This document shows positions 62,691 to 64,000 of a stretch of DNA of 64,000 bases, one piece after another. Each line of letters opens with the position of its first letter. Within the stretch, counting starts at the first letter, position 1. Under the pieces are notes generated by a model. It worked only from the letters and a program-made list of their open reading frames with translations. It was not told where the DNA came from and ran no database searches. A program made the translations under genes and the position numbers. This stretch comes from Botryllus schlosseri (lineage: Eukaryota), in assembly GCA_051294905.1 (NCBI GenBank), contig CM119372.1, positions 24,430,001-24,494,000 of the forward strand, in the 5' to 3' direction.

Positions 62691-64000
62691 CTGGATGAAA
62701 TAAAGGATAACATAAAAGGAAATGACGAAGGTCCGGTGATCTTGGGGTGCACTGGGATTGCAGTTGGTATGCATTGCATTTTGACCGTTGCAACTCCGCG
62801 ATTCTTATTACACCGTCGGTTTGCTAGGTCGATAGCACATTGTTTCATTGTTCTGAGAATGTTCGTTTGTTAGCTAACACTGAGCGAGGCGGATTGATCA
62901 GTGCGTCACCGCGTTATGTTTTCTAAACCGCTATTTTACGTAACCAAGCCAAATTACATATTTATTGACTATATGAGGGGGTTCTGATGCACTGACATTA
63001 TTGATATTTGATTTTCAGAATCAAGTTAAAAATGTCATTCGATTAATACTAGTTATCATAAATTCTTAACTGTTTATGATGAATTGCGCAATCACAGGCG
63101 AGACTTGGCTTGCTAATGCCTCACCTGTGCCTCACCTCTCGTTTTGCGCTATATTTCTGAACAATAAATATGCAAATTACGTGATGTTGAGTGTAAAAAT
63201 GTTCAAAGCTTTAGTAATTCATGAACATCGAGAGAAAACATCATAGTCAATTAAGGTTCGCACAACATTCTTTTACTCATTATGACGACAGGTGAGGCAC
63301 TACCATGACCGCGCGTCACCGGTATGATGTATGCGTTGTACCGGCACGTTCTCACGCTGTGCATCTGTAGCAAGGGCCGGTTTCGTATATTCATAATCAG
63401 GAAAAATGATTCATAGTTGTAGTTCATAGTTATACCTGTCCTCGGCTATTGACAATTACAACGAGCACCCGGATTATTACAATTTATACTCCACTAGGAT
63501 TCGAGTACTGTAGTGGAAGTAGCGATTTGGGAGACCGATATCTCTCCGATGCGGTATCTCGTCCTAATTCTCATCGCCAGAATCTGGTCATTCGATGATA
63601 TAGGTAATCCGTGCGGAACCTTTATTTTACGGCGTTGCGACAGTGACGACGCCGTTACAGCTGTTTGCGATTACGAGTATAATTTGGTAACCTTCAATTG
63701 CATCCGTATTTTAGTAATCATTTATAATCAAGCCTTCTCGGATTGGCTGTTCCAACTGCTATAAAGCGTCGGCGAATCACCTATCGTTGGTTATTTACGT
63801 TGTCGCAAAATGGATTGTAAATCTGACTTTCGTCCTGTGATGTAATTGAGTTCATTCGGTTGTATGTATGGTTGCATTTACAACAAACGATGTTTCGAAA
63901 CACTTTGTTTAAAGCATGTTTTAAACAGTGTTTTAAACAAAGACCTTTAAAAAATAAATTGTGTTTCTTTTTAACATGGTTTTAACCAAGTCACAAGGCT

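Noticed and set aside
63480..63780. Possible RHGxRxP catalytic exon of the MINPP1-like gene
   Set aside because: The minus strand gives only PHGLP, with no matching motif. The exon probably lies beyond the window.

Overview
Repeat-rich invertebrate eukaryotic DNA with spliceosomal introns. A tunicate or similar marine invertebrate is my inference only. The main feature is a 14.9-kb near-perfect palindromic insertion (25692-40587). It has AGTAGT...ACTACT termini and a 6-bp AACATC target-site duplication, the hallmarks of a Polinton/Maverick. I see no Polinton core genes. Its only recognisable cargo is an intronless 3-BIR inhibitor-of-apoptosis gene in two convergent copies, one cut inside BIR3, with a decayed RING remnant in the 437-bp spacer. 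To its left are the 3' end of an RNase H-containing LINE and a multi-exon intelectin-like gene (+) with a frameshift and changed cysteines. To its right is a multi-exon MINPP1-like histidine phosphatase gene (-) that lacks the HAE proton donor and ends in a Ser/Thr stalk plus a GPI-like tail. Introns and spacers hold nested hAT-type non-autonomous elements, Chapaev3-like transposon relics, foldback MITEs and tRNA-derived SINEs. All gene models and alignments were made by eye.
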